This document shows, piece after piece, positions 1-8,724 of a stretch of 50,610 bases of DNA (positions within the stretch are counted from its first letter, which is position 1; each line of letters starts with the position of its first letter). Origin of the DNA: a virus (Duplodnaviria; Caudoviricetes); the IMG/VR virus record IMGVR_UViG_3300003406_000182, positions 1-50,610 of that record. The stretch is one strand, 5' to 3'. The notes under the pieces are model-generated. The model saw nothing but the letters and a program-made list of their open reading frames with translations. It was not told the DNA's origin and did not search any database. A program made the position numbers and the translations under genes.

Positions 1-1185
1 ATGCCTCTCTCTGATGTCGTGTGCCGCAACACGCGGCCGGCCGAAAAAGCGAAAAAGCTTGTCGACGGTAAGGGGCTCTACCTCTATGTCGCACCGAGCG
101 GCGGCAAATTGTGGCGTTGCGACTATGCGTTTGCGGGCAAACGGCGCACGGCCAGCTTCGGCAAATATCCCGCAGTCAGCCTGGCTCAGGCGCGGGGAAA
201 GCGGGATGATCTGAAGCAGGCAATCGCCGAAGGGCGCGATCCGGCAACACCCGAGAGCCGCGGCGCAACTTTCGAAGAACTGGCGCGCGAATGGTTTAAG
301 GCCAATGAAACGAAGTGGGAAACCAGCTACTCGGATCGCATCTGGCGCCGCGTCGAACGCGAAGTGTTCCCAACGCTCGGGCCGAAAGGAGTGGCCGAGA
401 TCGAGCCGCGAGAAATCCTCGCCGTGTTGCGGTCGGTCGAGAACCGCGAGGCCATCTACTCGGCTCGCCGCATTCACCAGATGGTCAGTCAAGTTTTCAA
501 GTACGCGATCGTCAGCGGGCACTTGAAGCACAATCCTGCTGCGGATCTAAACGTCGCTTTGAAGGCTGTGCCGAAGGCGAAAGGGCGTGCTGCTCTGACA
601 GCCGCCGATCTCCCCGAGTTCTTCAAGAAGCTTCGCGCAACGCCGATGGAGGAGTCGACGCGCTTCGGGCTCCTGGCGGTCGCGCACGCCTTCGTCCGCA
701 CCAACGAAATCCGATTCGCCAAGTGGGGAGAATTCGACTTCGAGCGCGCAATATGGACGATCCCCGCGCCGCGAATGAAGATGAAGCGGGAACTTCGGGT
801 GCCTCTCAGCCGGCAGGCGGCTGCCATCTTCCTTCGACTTCGCGAACTGGCAGGCAGCAGCGAGTGGGTGCTGCCAGGCGTACACGGTAGGCCGGTGAGC
901 GAGAACTGTTTGATCTATGCGCTCTACCGCGTGGGCTACCACAGCCGGGCGACCGTCCACGGGTTTCGGGCAACGGCATCGACGATCCTGAACGAATCGG
1001 AATTGTTCGACCCACTGGCGATCGAACACCAGCTTGCCCACGCTCCGAATGATGCGATCCGGGCTGCCTACGACCGCGGCGAGCGGTGGGACAGCCGCGT
1101 GAAGATGATGCAGTGGTACTCCGACCTGCTCGAAGGCTACGAGCGGGATGCGGTGAGGAACGATTTCGCGGATTTGCTGGAGTGA
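1..1185 (+). CDS. int: Tyrosine recombinase, P4-like phage integrase with N-terminal arm-binding domain
   Basis: N-terminal DGKGLYLYV..SGGKLW..FGKYPAVSLAQAR arm domain; catalytic R (FVRTNE), HGFR, LAH and Y (AAYD). Confidence 0.96.
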   Translation: MPLSDVVCRNTRPAEKAKKLVDGKGLYLYVAPSGGKLWRCDYAFAGKRRTASFGKYPAVSLAQARGKRDDLKQAIAEGRDPATPESRGATFEELAREWFKANETKWETSYSDRIWRRVEREVFPTLGPKGVAEIEPREILAVLRSVENREAIYSARRIHQMVSQVFKYAIVSGHLKHNPAADLNVALKAVPKAKGRAALTAADLPEFFKKLRATPMEESTRFGLLAVAHAFVRTNEIRFAKWGEFDFERAIWTIPAPRMKMKRELRVPLSRQAAAIFLRLRELAGSSEWVLPGVHGRPVSENCLIYALYRVGYHSRATVHGFRATASTILNESELFDPLAIEHQLAHAPNDAIRAAYDRGERWDSRVKMMQWYSDLLEGYERDAVRNDFADLLE

Positions 1186-1241
1186 AAAGCGGACGGGCTC
1201 TAGCGCATACGCTCCGCAGAGTTCTGCTTAGCACCCGTCCG
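1186..1241 (-). terminator. GC-rich branched hairpin, likely terminator between int and the antisense RNA
   Basis: GCGGACGGG (1189-1197) pairs with CCCGTCCGC (1233-1241) and encloses two small hairpins; followed by TTTT on the minus strand. Confidence 0.5.
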
Positions 1242-1366
1242 CCATTAAACCGGACACTTCTTGGTTATTCCACTCTTGGGTGTGAACCGGTTTCCCGGCG
1301 AGCCGTCGCTGAAGTCCGTCTATGCGACCAGAATAATTTAATCCGAGCGACTGCGAAAAGCAAATT

Positions 1367-1441
1367 AGGCGGCCCTCGAAGGATTCGAACCTCCGGTCCC
1401 CGCTTTGCAGGCAGGAGACTTCCCACAGTCCTCGCCGGGCC
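1367..1441 (-). tRNA. Non-canonical tRNA-like gene with anticodon GCA (Cys), or pseudo-tRNA
   Basis: Minus strand: GGCCCGGCG AG GACT-GTGGGA-AGTC T CCTGC-CTGCAAA-GCGGG GACC GGAGG-TTCGAAT-CCTTC GAGGGCC G CCT. D, anticodon and T arms pair; acceptor stem is imperfect; discriminator is G; no encoded CCA. Confidence 0.7.
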
Positions 1442-1548
1442 TCAACAGGCGGCATTACCCGCCGAAATCATTGTCGCCTCCATCCCTTGATTGCGTCACA
1501 CCACTCGGGTGAAAATCACTCAATAATCTCCCAATATCCCACATTCGC

Positions 1549-1576
1549 TTGAAAGTCACGTAAAAAGTGATATTGC
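1549..1576 (+). promoter_or_regulatory. Sigma70-like promoter with a TCAC-N7-GTGA box in the spacer, upstream of alpA and the terminase genes
   Basis: TTGAAA-gTCACgtaaaaaGTGA-TATTGC. Confidence 0.5.
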
Positions 1577-1600
1577 TTGGGACGAAAGGAGACACATCGG

Positions 1601-1783
1601 ATGGAACTCGACCGTTTTCTCCGTGTCAGCGAGGTCATCGAAGCGACGACACTCTCGCGAGCGGAAATCTATCGCCGCATGCAGAAGGGCGAATTCCCAC
1701 GCCAGCATCGCATCTCACACAAGCGCGCCGTCTGGCGGCAGAGCGAGATCATAGCATGGCAGGAGCGCGTGACGCATGCCTGA
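1601..1783 (+). CDS. alpA: AlpA-family excisionase / DNA-binding protein
   Basis: RFLRVSEVIEATTLSRAEIYRRMQKGEFPRQHRISHKRAVWRQSEIIAW is the AlpA pattern; GGAG RBS before ATG 1601. Confidence 0.9.
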   Translation: MELDRFLRVSEVIEATTLSRAEIYRRMQKGEFPRQHRISHKRAVWRQSEIIAWQERVTHA

Positions 1784-2483
1784 TGATTTCGACGACCTGC
1801 TCGGCGACGAGCCACCCCGTCGCAGACGTGGCCGGCCGACGCGGGAAGAGGCTGCCGCGAGGCTGCAAGCGCAGATGTCGAGTGCCTTGCCGCACTATAC
1901 GGAGTTTCGTCGCCCTGTCGGCGTGACGTTCCTGGCGAACATTTGTGGCAAGCAGCCGAAGCAGATTCAGAAGCGTCTCGAAAAGTGCCCGACCGATTCG
2001 TGGCAGACGCACGGCGGTAAACAAGTTCCGCTCTACGATTTCATGACCGCCATGGCGTATCTCGTGCCGCCGCAGGGCAATATCGAAGACTGGTTCGCGC
2101 AGCAGAACGCAGCCAGTCTGCCGCCCTACGTCAACAAGATGTGGTGGGACAGCGCGAACCAGCGCAACCGCGTCATGCGCTCCTCGAACCAGCTTTGGCA
2201 CGACGAGGATGTGATGATGGTCTTCGGTCGCATCCTCATGCTCATTCGCGAGGAGAGCAAGTCGTGGGCCGATGATCTGCCAGAAAAGGACTTCCTGACC
2301 AACGACCAGTACAACGCGATCGTCGATGCGGCGAACCGGTTGAACAACCAGATCCGCGAAGCCCTGATCGATATGCCCCATCAGTTCAAAACGCTGTCCA
2401 TGGCGCACACGATCAACAATGAATTGAACGCTGCCGGTGCCTTGCCCGACGACGAACCGAAGGGCGACGATGACAATTCATAA
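1776..2483 (+). CDS. Terminase small subunit (DUF1441/Nu1-like)
   Basis: Directly upstream of and overlapping the large terminase; LPPYVNKMWWDS..R......LW motif of Chi-like small subunits. Confidence 0.75.
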   Translation: MPDDFDDLLGDEPPRRRRGRPTREEAAARLQAQMSSALPHYTEFRRPVGVTFLANICGKQPKQIQKRLEKCPTDSWQTHGGKQVPLYDFMTAMAYLVPPQGNIEDWFAQQNAASLPPYVNKMWWDSANQRNRVMRSSNQLWHDEDVMMVFGRILMLIREESKSWADDLPEKDFLTNDQYNAIVDAANRLNNQIREALIDMPHQFKTLSMAHTINNELNAAGALPDDEPKGDDDNS

Positions 2484-4650
2484 GACCATGCGTCCGCCGA
2501 CGCTCGACGAGTTGATCGACGCAGCGCCGTTCCCGTCCCTCGAAGCCCTGATCGCCAAGAGCGCGGAGTTGTTCAGCCCCAATGAGCGGCTGACGGTCAC
2601 GGAGTCGGCTGAGAGATACACGAAACTCGGCAGCGGCTCGGGTCGATCGGTCCTGTGGAATCTGACGAAAACACCCTACATCGCCGAGCCACAGGACACG
2701 CTCACCAGTCTCGATTATCGCGGCATGATCTTCGTGGGGCCGAGTCGTACGGGGAAAAGTGTGATGGCCTTAAATTGGGTCACTCATACTGTCATGAATG
2801 ACCCCGACGACATGCTCCTTGTTCACACCGACTCGAAGAACGGCCGCAAATGGTCGAAGGGCGAATTCGATCGTTACCTGATCGCATCGACCGCCGTGCG
2901 CCAGCGACAGCTTACGGCGCGGCAATACGACAACACGTTCGACAAGCAGTTCAAGTCGGGGATGCGCTTCAACCTCACCTTCCCCACGTCGAGCAACCTT
3001 TCGGCCATCACGGTCGGCAAGGTGTTCTTCATGGATTATGATCGCATCAGCGACGACACGGAAGGCGAGGGCAACCCCTACGACCTCGGCGCCACGAGAA
3101 CGCGCACCAAGGGACGCTTCGGCATGACGGCGGCGGAAAGCTCGCCGAACCCCGACAAGGAAATGCCTGATCCGAAGTGGACGCCCGACAGTCCGCATGC
3201 CGCGCCGCCCGCGCCAGGCATCTTCGAACTCTACAATCGCGGTGACAGGCGCTGCTGGTATTGGCCTTGCCCCCATTGTGGGGAGTATTTCGAAGGCCGG
3301 TTCGAGCATCTGCAAGGGTGGCAGGATAAGCACGACATGGCTGACGCGCTTGAGTCCGTTTACATGGCCTGCCCGGCCAACGGCTGCGTGATCGAGCCGC
3401 ATGAGAAGGAGCGAATGAACGCCCGTGGCATTTGGGTGCCTGACGGCGGTTGCGTCACGCGCGACGGCGAGATTGTCCCGATCGATGGGATGAAGATCGT
3501 CCGATCCAAGATCGCCTCCTTCTGGCTCAAGGGGCCGGCTGCCGGCTATTTCTCCTGGGCCGATCTCGTTGAAGCCTACATCATTGCACAGCGTGCATAC
3601 GAGGAGACTGGCGACGAGGGGCCGCTGCGCAAGACTGTCACGACCGATCAGGGGATGTACTACATCTCGAAGTCGCGACTGTCGGAGCGAACCCCCGAAC
3701 AGTTGCGTGAGCGCGCGGAAGATTGGGGATCTACCTCCGATAAACCCACGGTCCCCGAGGGTGTGCGTTTTATCATCGCCACGGTCGACGTGCAGGGAGA
3801 CGGCTTCGTCTGCCAGACGACCGGCTTCATGCCGAACGGTGATGCTGTCGTCATTGACGGCTGGAAGATCAAGTCGTCCGACCGATTGGACAGCGACGGG
3901 AAGAACCAGCCCGTTGATCCGCGAGCCTTCGCCGAGGATTGGGATATGCTCGTGCCGCTCGTGCTTGAGAAGACCTACGAGCTTGGCGACGGCAGCGGCC
4001 GGCATATGGGCATCCGCATGGCCGGCGTCGACGGCTACGGCATGGAGGGCGTGACCGTCCAGGCGTATCGCTTCTGGCAGCGTTTGAAGGCGCGCGGCGA
4101 CGGAACCCACCGCCGATTCGCCGTGACCAAGGGCGAGCCGAGGAAGGACTGGCCGATCGCCAAATCTGTGATGACGGAAGTTGGCGCCGGCAACAAGCAC
4201 GCGCTCGTGCGCGGCGCCATTCCTCGCATCCATTTCGGCTCGACCCTGGTGAAAGACGCGGTGGCGAATCTCATGGCTCGCCGAATCGCGGCCGAGGACG
4301 GGGAAGAGGGCGGTGGTAAACTGCGCTTCCCGCAATGGATGCCGAAATGGTTCTATTCGCAGTTGACCAACGAAATTCGCACGCCGAAGGGATGGGAGAA
4401 GCTCGGCAGTCGGCGAAACGAAGTGTTCGATCTCACGTCCTATGCCGTGGGTCTGGCCTATCGCCCGATCGAGGGCAACGAGTTCCCGTGGGTGCCCATC
4501 CATTTGCAGCGCATCAATTGGAAGCAGCCGCCCGCATGGGCCGCACCGTGGAATGAAAATGAGCTTGTGTTCGGCACCGTGGGAACGGCCGTGAAGGTTG
4601 AGGCACCAAAGAAATCTACTTTGTCTGATCTTGGTAATCGGCTGGCCTAG
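2470..4650 (+). CDS. Terminase large subunit (lambda gpA family)
   Basis: Walker A GPSRTGKS, Walker B FFMDYD, ESSP motif, YWPCPHCG zinc knuckle, TVDVQ nuclease motif, RNEVFD. Confidence 0.95.
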   Translation: MTIHKTMRPPTLDELIDAAPFPSLEALIAKSAELFSPNERLTVTESAERYTKLGSGSGRSVLWNLTKTPYIAEPQDTLTSLDYRGMIFVGPSRTGKSVMALNWVTHTVMNDPDDMLLVHTDSKNGRKWSKGEFDRYLIASTAVRQRQLTARQYDNTFDKQFKSGMRFNLTFPTSSNLSAITVGKVFFMDYDRISDDTEGEGNPYDLGATRTRTKGRFGMTAAESSPNPDKEMPDPKWTPDSPHAAPPAPGIFELYNRGDRRCWYWPCPHCGEYFEGRFEHLQGWQDKHDMADALESVYMACPANGCVIEPHEKERMNARGIWVPDGGCVTRDGEIVPIDGMKIVRSKIASFWLKGPAAGYFSWADLVEAYIIAQRAYEETGDEGPLRKTVTTDQGMYYISKSRLSERTPEQLRERAEDWGSTSDKPTVPEGVRFIIATVDVQGDGFVCQTTGFMPNGDAVVIDGWKIKSSDRLDSDGKNQPVDPRAFAEDWDMLVPLVLEKTYELGDGSGRHMGIRMAGVDGYGMEGVTVQAYRFWQRLKARGDGTHRRFAVTKGEPRKDWPIAKSVMTEVGAGNKHALVRGAIPRIHFGSTLVKDAVANLMARRIAAEDGEEGGGKLRFPQWMPKWFYSQLTNEIRTPKGWEKLGSRRNEVFDLTSYAVGLAYRPIEGNEFPWVPIHLQRINWKQPPAWAAPWNENELVFGTVGTAVKVEAPKKSTLSDLGNRLA

Positions 4651-4653
4651 ATT

Positions 4654-4712
4654 TCACGTTTAAAGTGAAAATCAATAAATAACTTGCAAGAGTTTCACGT
4701 TTCGCGTATTCA
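4654..4712 (+). promoter_or_regulatory. Promoter region with TCAC-N7-GTGA box upstream of the head genes
   Basis: TCACgtttaaaGTGA at 4654-4668; TTGCAA-N17-TATTCA containing a further TCACG half-site. Confidence 0.5.
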
Positions 4713-4738
4713 TACGTGAAATTAACGTGAGACTGTTG

Positions 4739-4954
4739 ATGGCGACCACTGCCGATCTCCTCGCTCAAGCGAAGGCTGCTTACGCGAGCCTCGTCATGGG
4801 GACGGCGGCTGTCGAAATTCGTGACAGCGATGGCAGTTCAATTCGCTACACGGCTGCCAACGCCAGTCGTCTGCGCGCCTATATCAAGGAACTCGAAAAC
4901 GAATTGGCGGGGTCGCCCACAGTCCAGCCTCCCATGAGGCCGGTGTGGGGATGA
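4739..4954 (+). CDS. gpW-like head completion protein
   Basis: Small gene between terminase and portal; LAQAKAAYASLVMG..VEIRDSDG..IRYTAAN..RLRAYI pattern. Confidence 0.85.
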   Translation: MATTADLLAQAKAAYASLVMGTAAVEIRDSDGSSIRYTAANASRLRAYIKELENELAGSPTVQPPMRPVWG

Positions 4955-6636
4955 GCGCTGCCTACGATTTCTCCGACCTGCTAGGGGCCGAAGCCGTAGT
5001 CCCCCCGGCTGCCCTTGCGGTGCCGCCCGCTGCCTCGGCGGTGGCAGCGGGCGGTGTTGCCTATGACGGTTCCAGCAAACTCGACAGGTTGTCTCGGTGG
5101 CGTCCTGCCATTCGTTCTGCCGACGCCGATCTTCTTCCCGAGAAGGTCGATCTCGACGCCCGTGCCCGCGACACCTTCCGCAATGACGCCTACGTCGCTG
5201 GCGGCGGCTCGATCTACAAGGACTCCATCGTCGGTTCTCGCTATTTTCTGAACGCCAAGCCTGAGACCAAGATCCTCTTCGGCGACGACGACGAGCAGTG
5301 GGAAGCCGAGTACCAGGAGGAAGTCGAAACGAAGTTTACCCTGTGGGCCGAAAGCCCGCAGAATTGGGTGGACGCGGCTCGTCGCAACAGCTTCACCGCA
5401 ATGATTCGCCTTGCGGTCGGCGTGGACATGAGCGGTGGCGAAGTCCTCGCATCGGCCGAATGGATGCCGAAGGACGGTCGTCCCTATCGTGTCGCCATGC
5501 AGATGATCGACGCGGATCGCCTGTCGACCCCGAGCGATCTCACCTTTCTGACGAACAGCCTCATTCGCAATGGCGTCGAACGTGATCGTCGGGGGGCTCC
5601 CGTCGCCTATTACATCCGCAATTCGCATCCGAACGAGGGGCCGTTCCTCGATTATACCGATCTCAGTGCGGTGACCTGGAACCGCGTTCCGGCCCGTAAG
5701 TCCTGGGGCCGTCCGATGATCCTGCATCTGTTCGAGCAGACGCGGCCGGATCAGACGCGCGGCGTCTCGAAGATCGTATCGGCGCTGACGGAAATGCGGA
5801 TGACGAAGCATTTCCGCAAGACCGAGCTTGAACGTGCCGTGGTTGCTGCGACCTACGCCGCCTCCATCGAATCAGAAATCCCGCAAGACGTGGCCGCCGC
5901 GTTGGGCACGGGAAGCAGCGACGGCAATCCCACTACGCAGTGGATGACCGACTATCTCGCGGCCATAGCGGTATACTGTGGCAACGCGACGAACCTGCAC
6001 ATGGATGGTGCGAAGATTCCGATCTTTGCTCCCGGCACGAAGCTGCACATTCAGAATCCCGGCGCCACTGGCCCGGTGGGCGACAAATTCGAGCAGAGCC
6101 TGCTTCGCTATATCGCCGCGGCTCTCGGCGTCTCCTACGAGCAATTGTCGCGTGACTACACGCAGACGAATTATTCCTCCGCTCGCGCAGCGATGGGCGA
6201 GACGTGGAAGACCATGCAGGCGAAGAAGAAGCTCGTTGCGGATGCGACGGCGAACTTCATTTATCGCCTCTGGCTTGAGGAAGCGATCAACTACAACCAG
6301 ATCGAGTCCCTGAAGCGCCGCGACATTCCGAAGTTCTATGACGGGCTCAACGCCGAAGCCTACAGCGCGTGCGAATGGATCGGTGCCGGGCAGGGTCAGA
6401 TCGACCCGCTCAAGGAAACCCAGGCATCGGTGCTGAAGCTCAAAGCCGGTCTCTCCACCAAGGAGATCGAGATCGCCCGGTTCTCCGGTGGCGACTGGCG
6501 GAAGGTTTCGCGGCAGATCGCACGCGAACATGCGCTGGACAAGTCCTACGGCAATCCTTCGGTCTACGACCAGGCCGACACGACCAATCTTGAAAATTCG
6601 CTCACTGCGCAGCCCAACGACGGAGGGAGCAAATGA
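4951..6636 (+). CDS. Portal protein, lambda family
   Basis: RARDTFRND, QMIDADRL, RPDQTRGVS, GVSYEQLSRDY.QTNYSSAR and IDPLKE motifs. Confidence 0.95.
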   Translation: MSAAYDFSDLLGAEAVVPPAALAVPPAASAVAAGGVAYDGSSKLDRLSRWRPAIRSADADLLPEKVDLDARARDTFRNDAYVAGGGSIYKDSIVGSRYFLNAKPETKILFGDDDEQWEAEYQEEVETKFTLWAESPQNWVDAARRNSFTAMIRLAVGVDMSGGEVLASAEWMPKDGRPYRVAMQMIDADRLSTPSDLTFLTNSLIRNGVERDRRGAPVAYYIRNSHPNEGPFLDYTDLSAVTWNRVPARKSWGRPMILHLFEQTRPDQTRGVSKIVSALTEMRMTKHFRKTELERAVVAATYAASIESEIPQDVAAALGTGSSDGNPTTQWMTDYLAAIAVYCGNATNLHMDGAKIPIFAPGTKLHIQNPGATGPVGDKFEQSLLRYIAAALGVSYEQLSRDYTQTNYSSARAAMGETWKTMQAKKKLVADATANFIYRLWLEEAINYNQIESLKRRDIPKFYDGLNAEAYSACEWIGAGQGQIDPLKETQASVLKLKAGLSTKEIEIARFSGGDWRKVSRQIAREHALDKSYGNPSVYDQADTTNLENSLTAQPNDGGSK

Positions 6637-7916
6637 ACCCTTTTCTCGCACGATTTCGCGATCAGCCCGCGCTGATCGAAGAGGGGCACAACACCTGGCT
6701 CGAAAGCTGCCTCAATGCCGTCGCCGAGCGTCGTGATGTCTTCGAGAAGGCATATGACGGCGAAGACTTTTGGGGCGAGGGCGCATCGTGGCTGCGTCCC
6801 TATGAAGTCAAGGACGGCATTCTTTATGTGCCGGTCAAGGGCGTTCTGCTGAACGACTTCCCCTATGCCTTTTTCGATTGGGCGACGGGCTACGAGTACA
6901 TTTGGGCGGCGATCAAGCGCGGTCTTGACGATTCCAACGTCAACGGCATTGCCCTCGTCGTCAATTCAGGCGGCGGCATGGTCGCGGGGAATTTCGATCT
7001 CGTCGACCGGATATACGAAGCCCGCAGTCAGAAGCCGATTCGCGCTTTCGCGGCCGAGCACGCTTATTCCGCCGCGTACAACATCGCTGCTGCCGCCGAG
7101 CATGTCACCGTTGCGCGGACGGGCGGCGTTGGCTCCATTGGCGTGATCGTGACGCAGGTGGAAATGAGCCGTGCGCTCGATACGGCCGGCATCACGGTCA
7201 ATCTCATTCGTTCAAAGCCCGACAAGATGGAGGGCAACCCTTACGAGGCGCTGTCGGACGGCGCACGCAAGCGGATTCAGGAACGCGTCAACGCGTTCCA
7301 TGACCAGTTCGTCGCTTTGGTGGCGAGAAACCGAGGCATGGAAGCGAAGGCGGTCGACGATACCGACGCGCACACCTTCATGGCTCAACAGGCGATCGAC
7401 AATGGACTGGCCGATGCGGTCGGTGCCTTGGACGACGCCATCCTGGCCTTTGGGGCCGCAATCTCAGAAGGAGATGATGAAATGGCCGGAAAAGATCAGG
7501 CCGCGAACGAAGAAGCCCTCGCCGCTGCGACCGCTGCCGGCGAAGAGAAGGGTAAGGCGGCAGGCAAGACCGAGGGTCGCACTGAAACGCTCACGCGCAT
7601 CAACGCGATCATCGACTCCGACGCCGGCAAGGTGCGTCCGAAGGCGGCTCTCCATGCCGCGCTGAAGACCAGCATGTCGGTCGAAGAGGCGACGGCCTTC
7701 CTTGCCGCACTGCCCGAGGAAGGCAAGCAGGAGCCCGAGAAGCCGGCTGGTGCCGGTGCGCCCGAGGGCATGCTTTCCGCCGCCATGGACGGCACCAAGA
7801 ACCCCGATGTAGGCGCTGGCGACGGCACCGATGCGGATGATCCGAAGAACAAGGCCGAACAGGATCGGGCGCTCATCGCGTCTTACGGTCTCGCCGGCTT
7901 CAACAACAAGGAGTAA
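6633..7916 (+). CDS. S49-family prohead protease with C-terminal scaffold region
   Basis: NSGGG, AYSAAYNIA and GGVGSIGV motifs; Ala/Glu-rich C-terminal region starting at an internal RBS and ATG (MAGKDQAA), like lambda C/Nu3. Confidence 0.92.
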   Translation: MNPFLARFRDQPALIEEGHNTWLESCLNAVAERRDVFEKAYDGEDFWGEGASWLRPYEVKDGILYVPVKGVLLNDFPYAFFDWATGYEYIWAAIKRGLDDSNVNGIALVVNSGGGMVAGNFDLVDRIYEARSQKPIRAFAAEHAYSAAYNIAAAAEHVTVARTGGVGSIGVIVTQVEMSRALDTAGITVNLIRSKPDKMEGNPYEALSDGARKRIQERVNAFHDQFVALVARNRGMEAKAVDDTDAHTFMAQQAIDNGLADAVGALDDAILAFGAAISEGDDEMAGKDQAANEEALAAATAAGEEKGKAAGKTEGRTETLTRINAIIDSDAGKVRPKAALHAALKTSMSVEEATAFLAALPEEGKQEPEKPAGAGAPEGMLSAAMDGTKNPDVGAGDGTDADDPKNKAEQDRALIASYGLAGFNNKE

Positions 7917-7922
7917 GCGGCG

Positions 7923-8708
7923 ATGAGCAATGTCACGCCTCCGTATGCCGATCCCGGCCGAGCCTCTTTCGAGCAGCTTGACACCTACCTGCAGAACTTC
8001 CTGCTGGCGGGTCACGATCCCGAACTGAAGCCGGCCTATTCCTTCCCGGTGCCGAACAACGTGGATTACAAGCAGTTCACCGTTGTCGGTCTCAACGCCG
8101 ATGGCGACCTGGTGCCTGCCACCAATGGCGGCGCTGCTGCCGCTGCTTCCGGTACGCTGACGTTCAGCGGCGTCGGTACGGCCAACGATACGGTCACGAT
8201 CGGCAACGTCACCTACAAGCTCGTGGCGGCTCCCGCTGCTGCGAACGAAGTGAAGATCGGCGCCGCTGCGGCCGATACCGCGGCCAATATCGCTGCTGCC
8301 ATCAACGGCGGCGCGGGCGAAGGGACGCTGTACGGCACGGGCCCCGATCCGCACCCGCAGGTCTCGGCTTCCGTCAACAGCGCGGTCGTCACTGTCACCG
8401 CACGCCAGACTGGCGACGGCGGCAATGGCGTTGCAACTACCGAGTCCGGCACTGGCACGGCGTTCGCGTCTGCCACCCTGACCGGTGGTCGCGATGCGGG
8501 CGCCGGTGGTGTTCAGGCGCTCGGCGTGCTCGCGCACGCGGTCACGCTCGGCTCCACGGGCTCTGCCAACGGGCAGGCATGGTATTCGGGCTGCTTCAAC
8601 CAGGATGCTCTCGTGTGGGACGCTTCGTTCGACACGGACGCCTCGAAGCAGGCTGCGTTCCGTGGCGCCCCCACCCCCACCACCATCATCGTCGCCAAGC
8701 GCGGCTAA
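7923..8708 (+). CDS. Head decoration protein with an inserted beta-rich domain
   Basis: Between protease and capsid; gpD-like ends (FTVVG..., Y.GCFNQDALVW) flank an insert of about 130 aa. Confidence 0.8.
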   Translation: MSNVTPPYADPGRASFEQLDTYLQNFLLAGHDPELKPAYSFPVPNNVDYKQFTVVGLNADGDLVPATNGGAAAAASGTLTFSGVGTANDTVTIGNVTYKLVAAPAAANEVKIGAAAADTAANIAAAINGGAGEGTLYGTGPDPHPQVSASVNSAVVTVTARQTGDGGNGVATTESGTGTAFASATLTGGRDAGAGGVQALGVLAHAVTLGSTGSANGQAWYSGCFNQDALVWDASFDTDASKQAAFRGAPTPTTIIVAKRG

Positions 8709-8724
8709 CCCCAAGGAGGTTCCA

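Noticed and set aside
1367-1441. tRNA-like sequence as an att-site remnant
   Set aside because: It is a full cloverleaf rather than a 3' fragment, lies internal to int, and I found no second copy in the window
1556-1570. TCAC/GTGA box as a CRP/FNR or CtrA site
   Set aside because: Half-site order is opposite to CRP (TGTGA-N6-TCACA) and the sequence differs from CtrA (TTAA-N7-TTAA); only the spacing is similar
2770-4503. Long antisense ORFs (also 4981-5811, 7464-8714, 8686-9858, 13083-14918)
   Set aside because: Shadows of well-supported plus-strand genes in GC-rich DNA; no recognisable motifs
2470-4650. Intein in the long terminase
   Set aside because: No splice-junction or LAGLIDADG motifs seen; length is plausible for this family
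4966-4976. GATTTCTCCGA in the portal gene as a copy of the 44.3-45.2 kb repeat
   Set aside because: Explained by the DFSD codons; the other DFxDLL copies use different codons
8485-8724. Extended N-terminus of the capsid ORF in the track
   Set aside because: Overlaps the decoration gene; a strong AAGGAGG RBS supports ATG 8725
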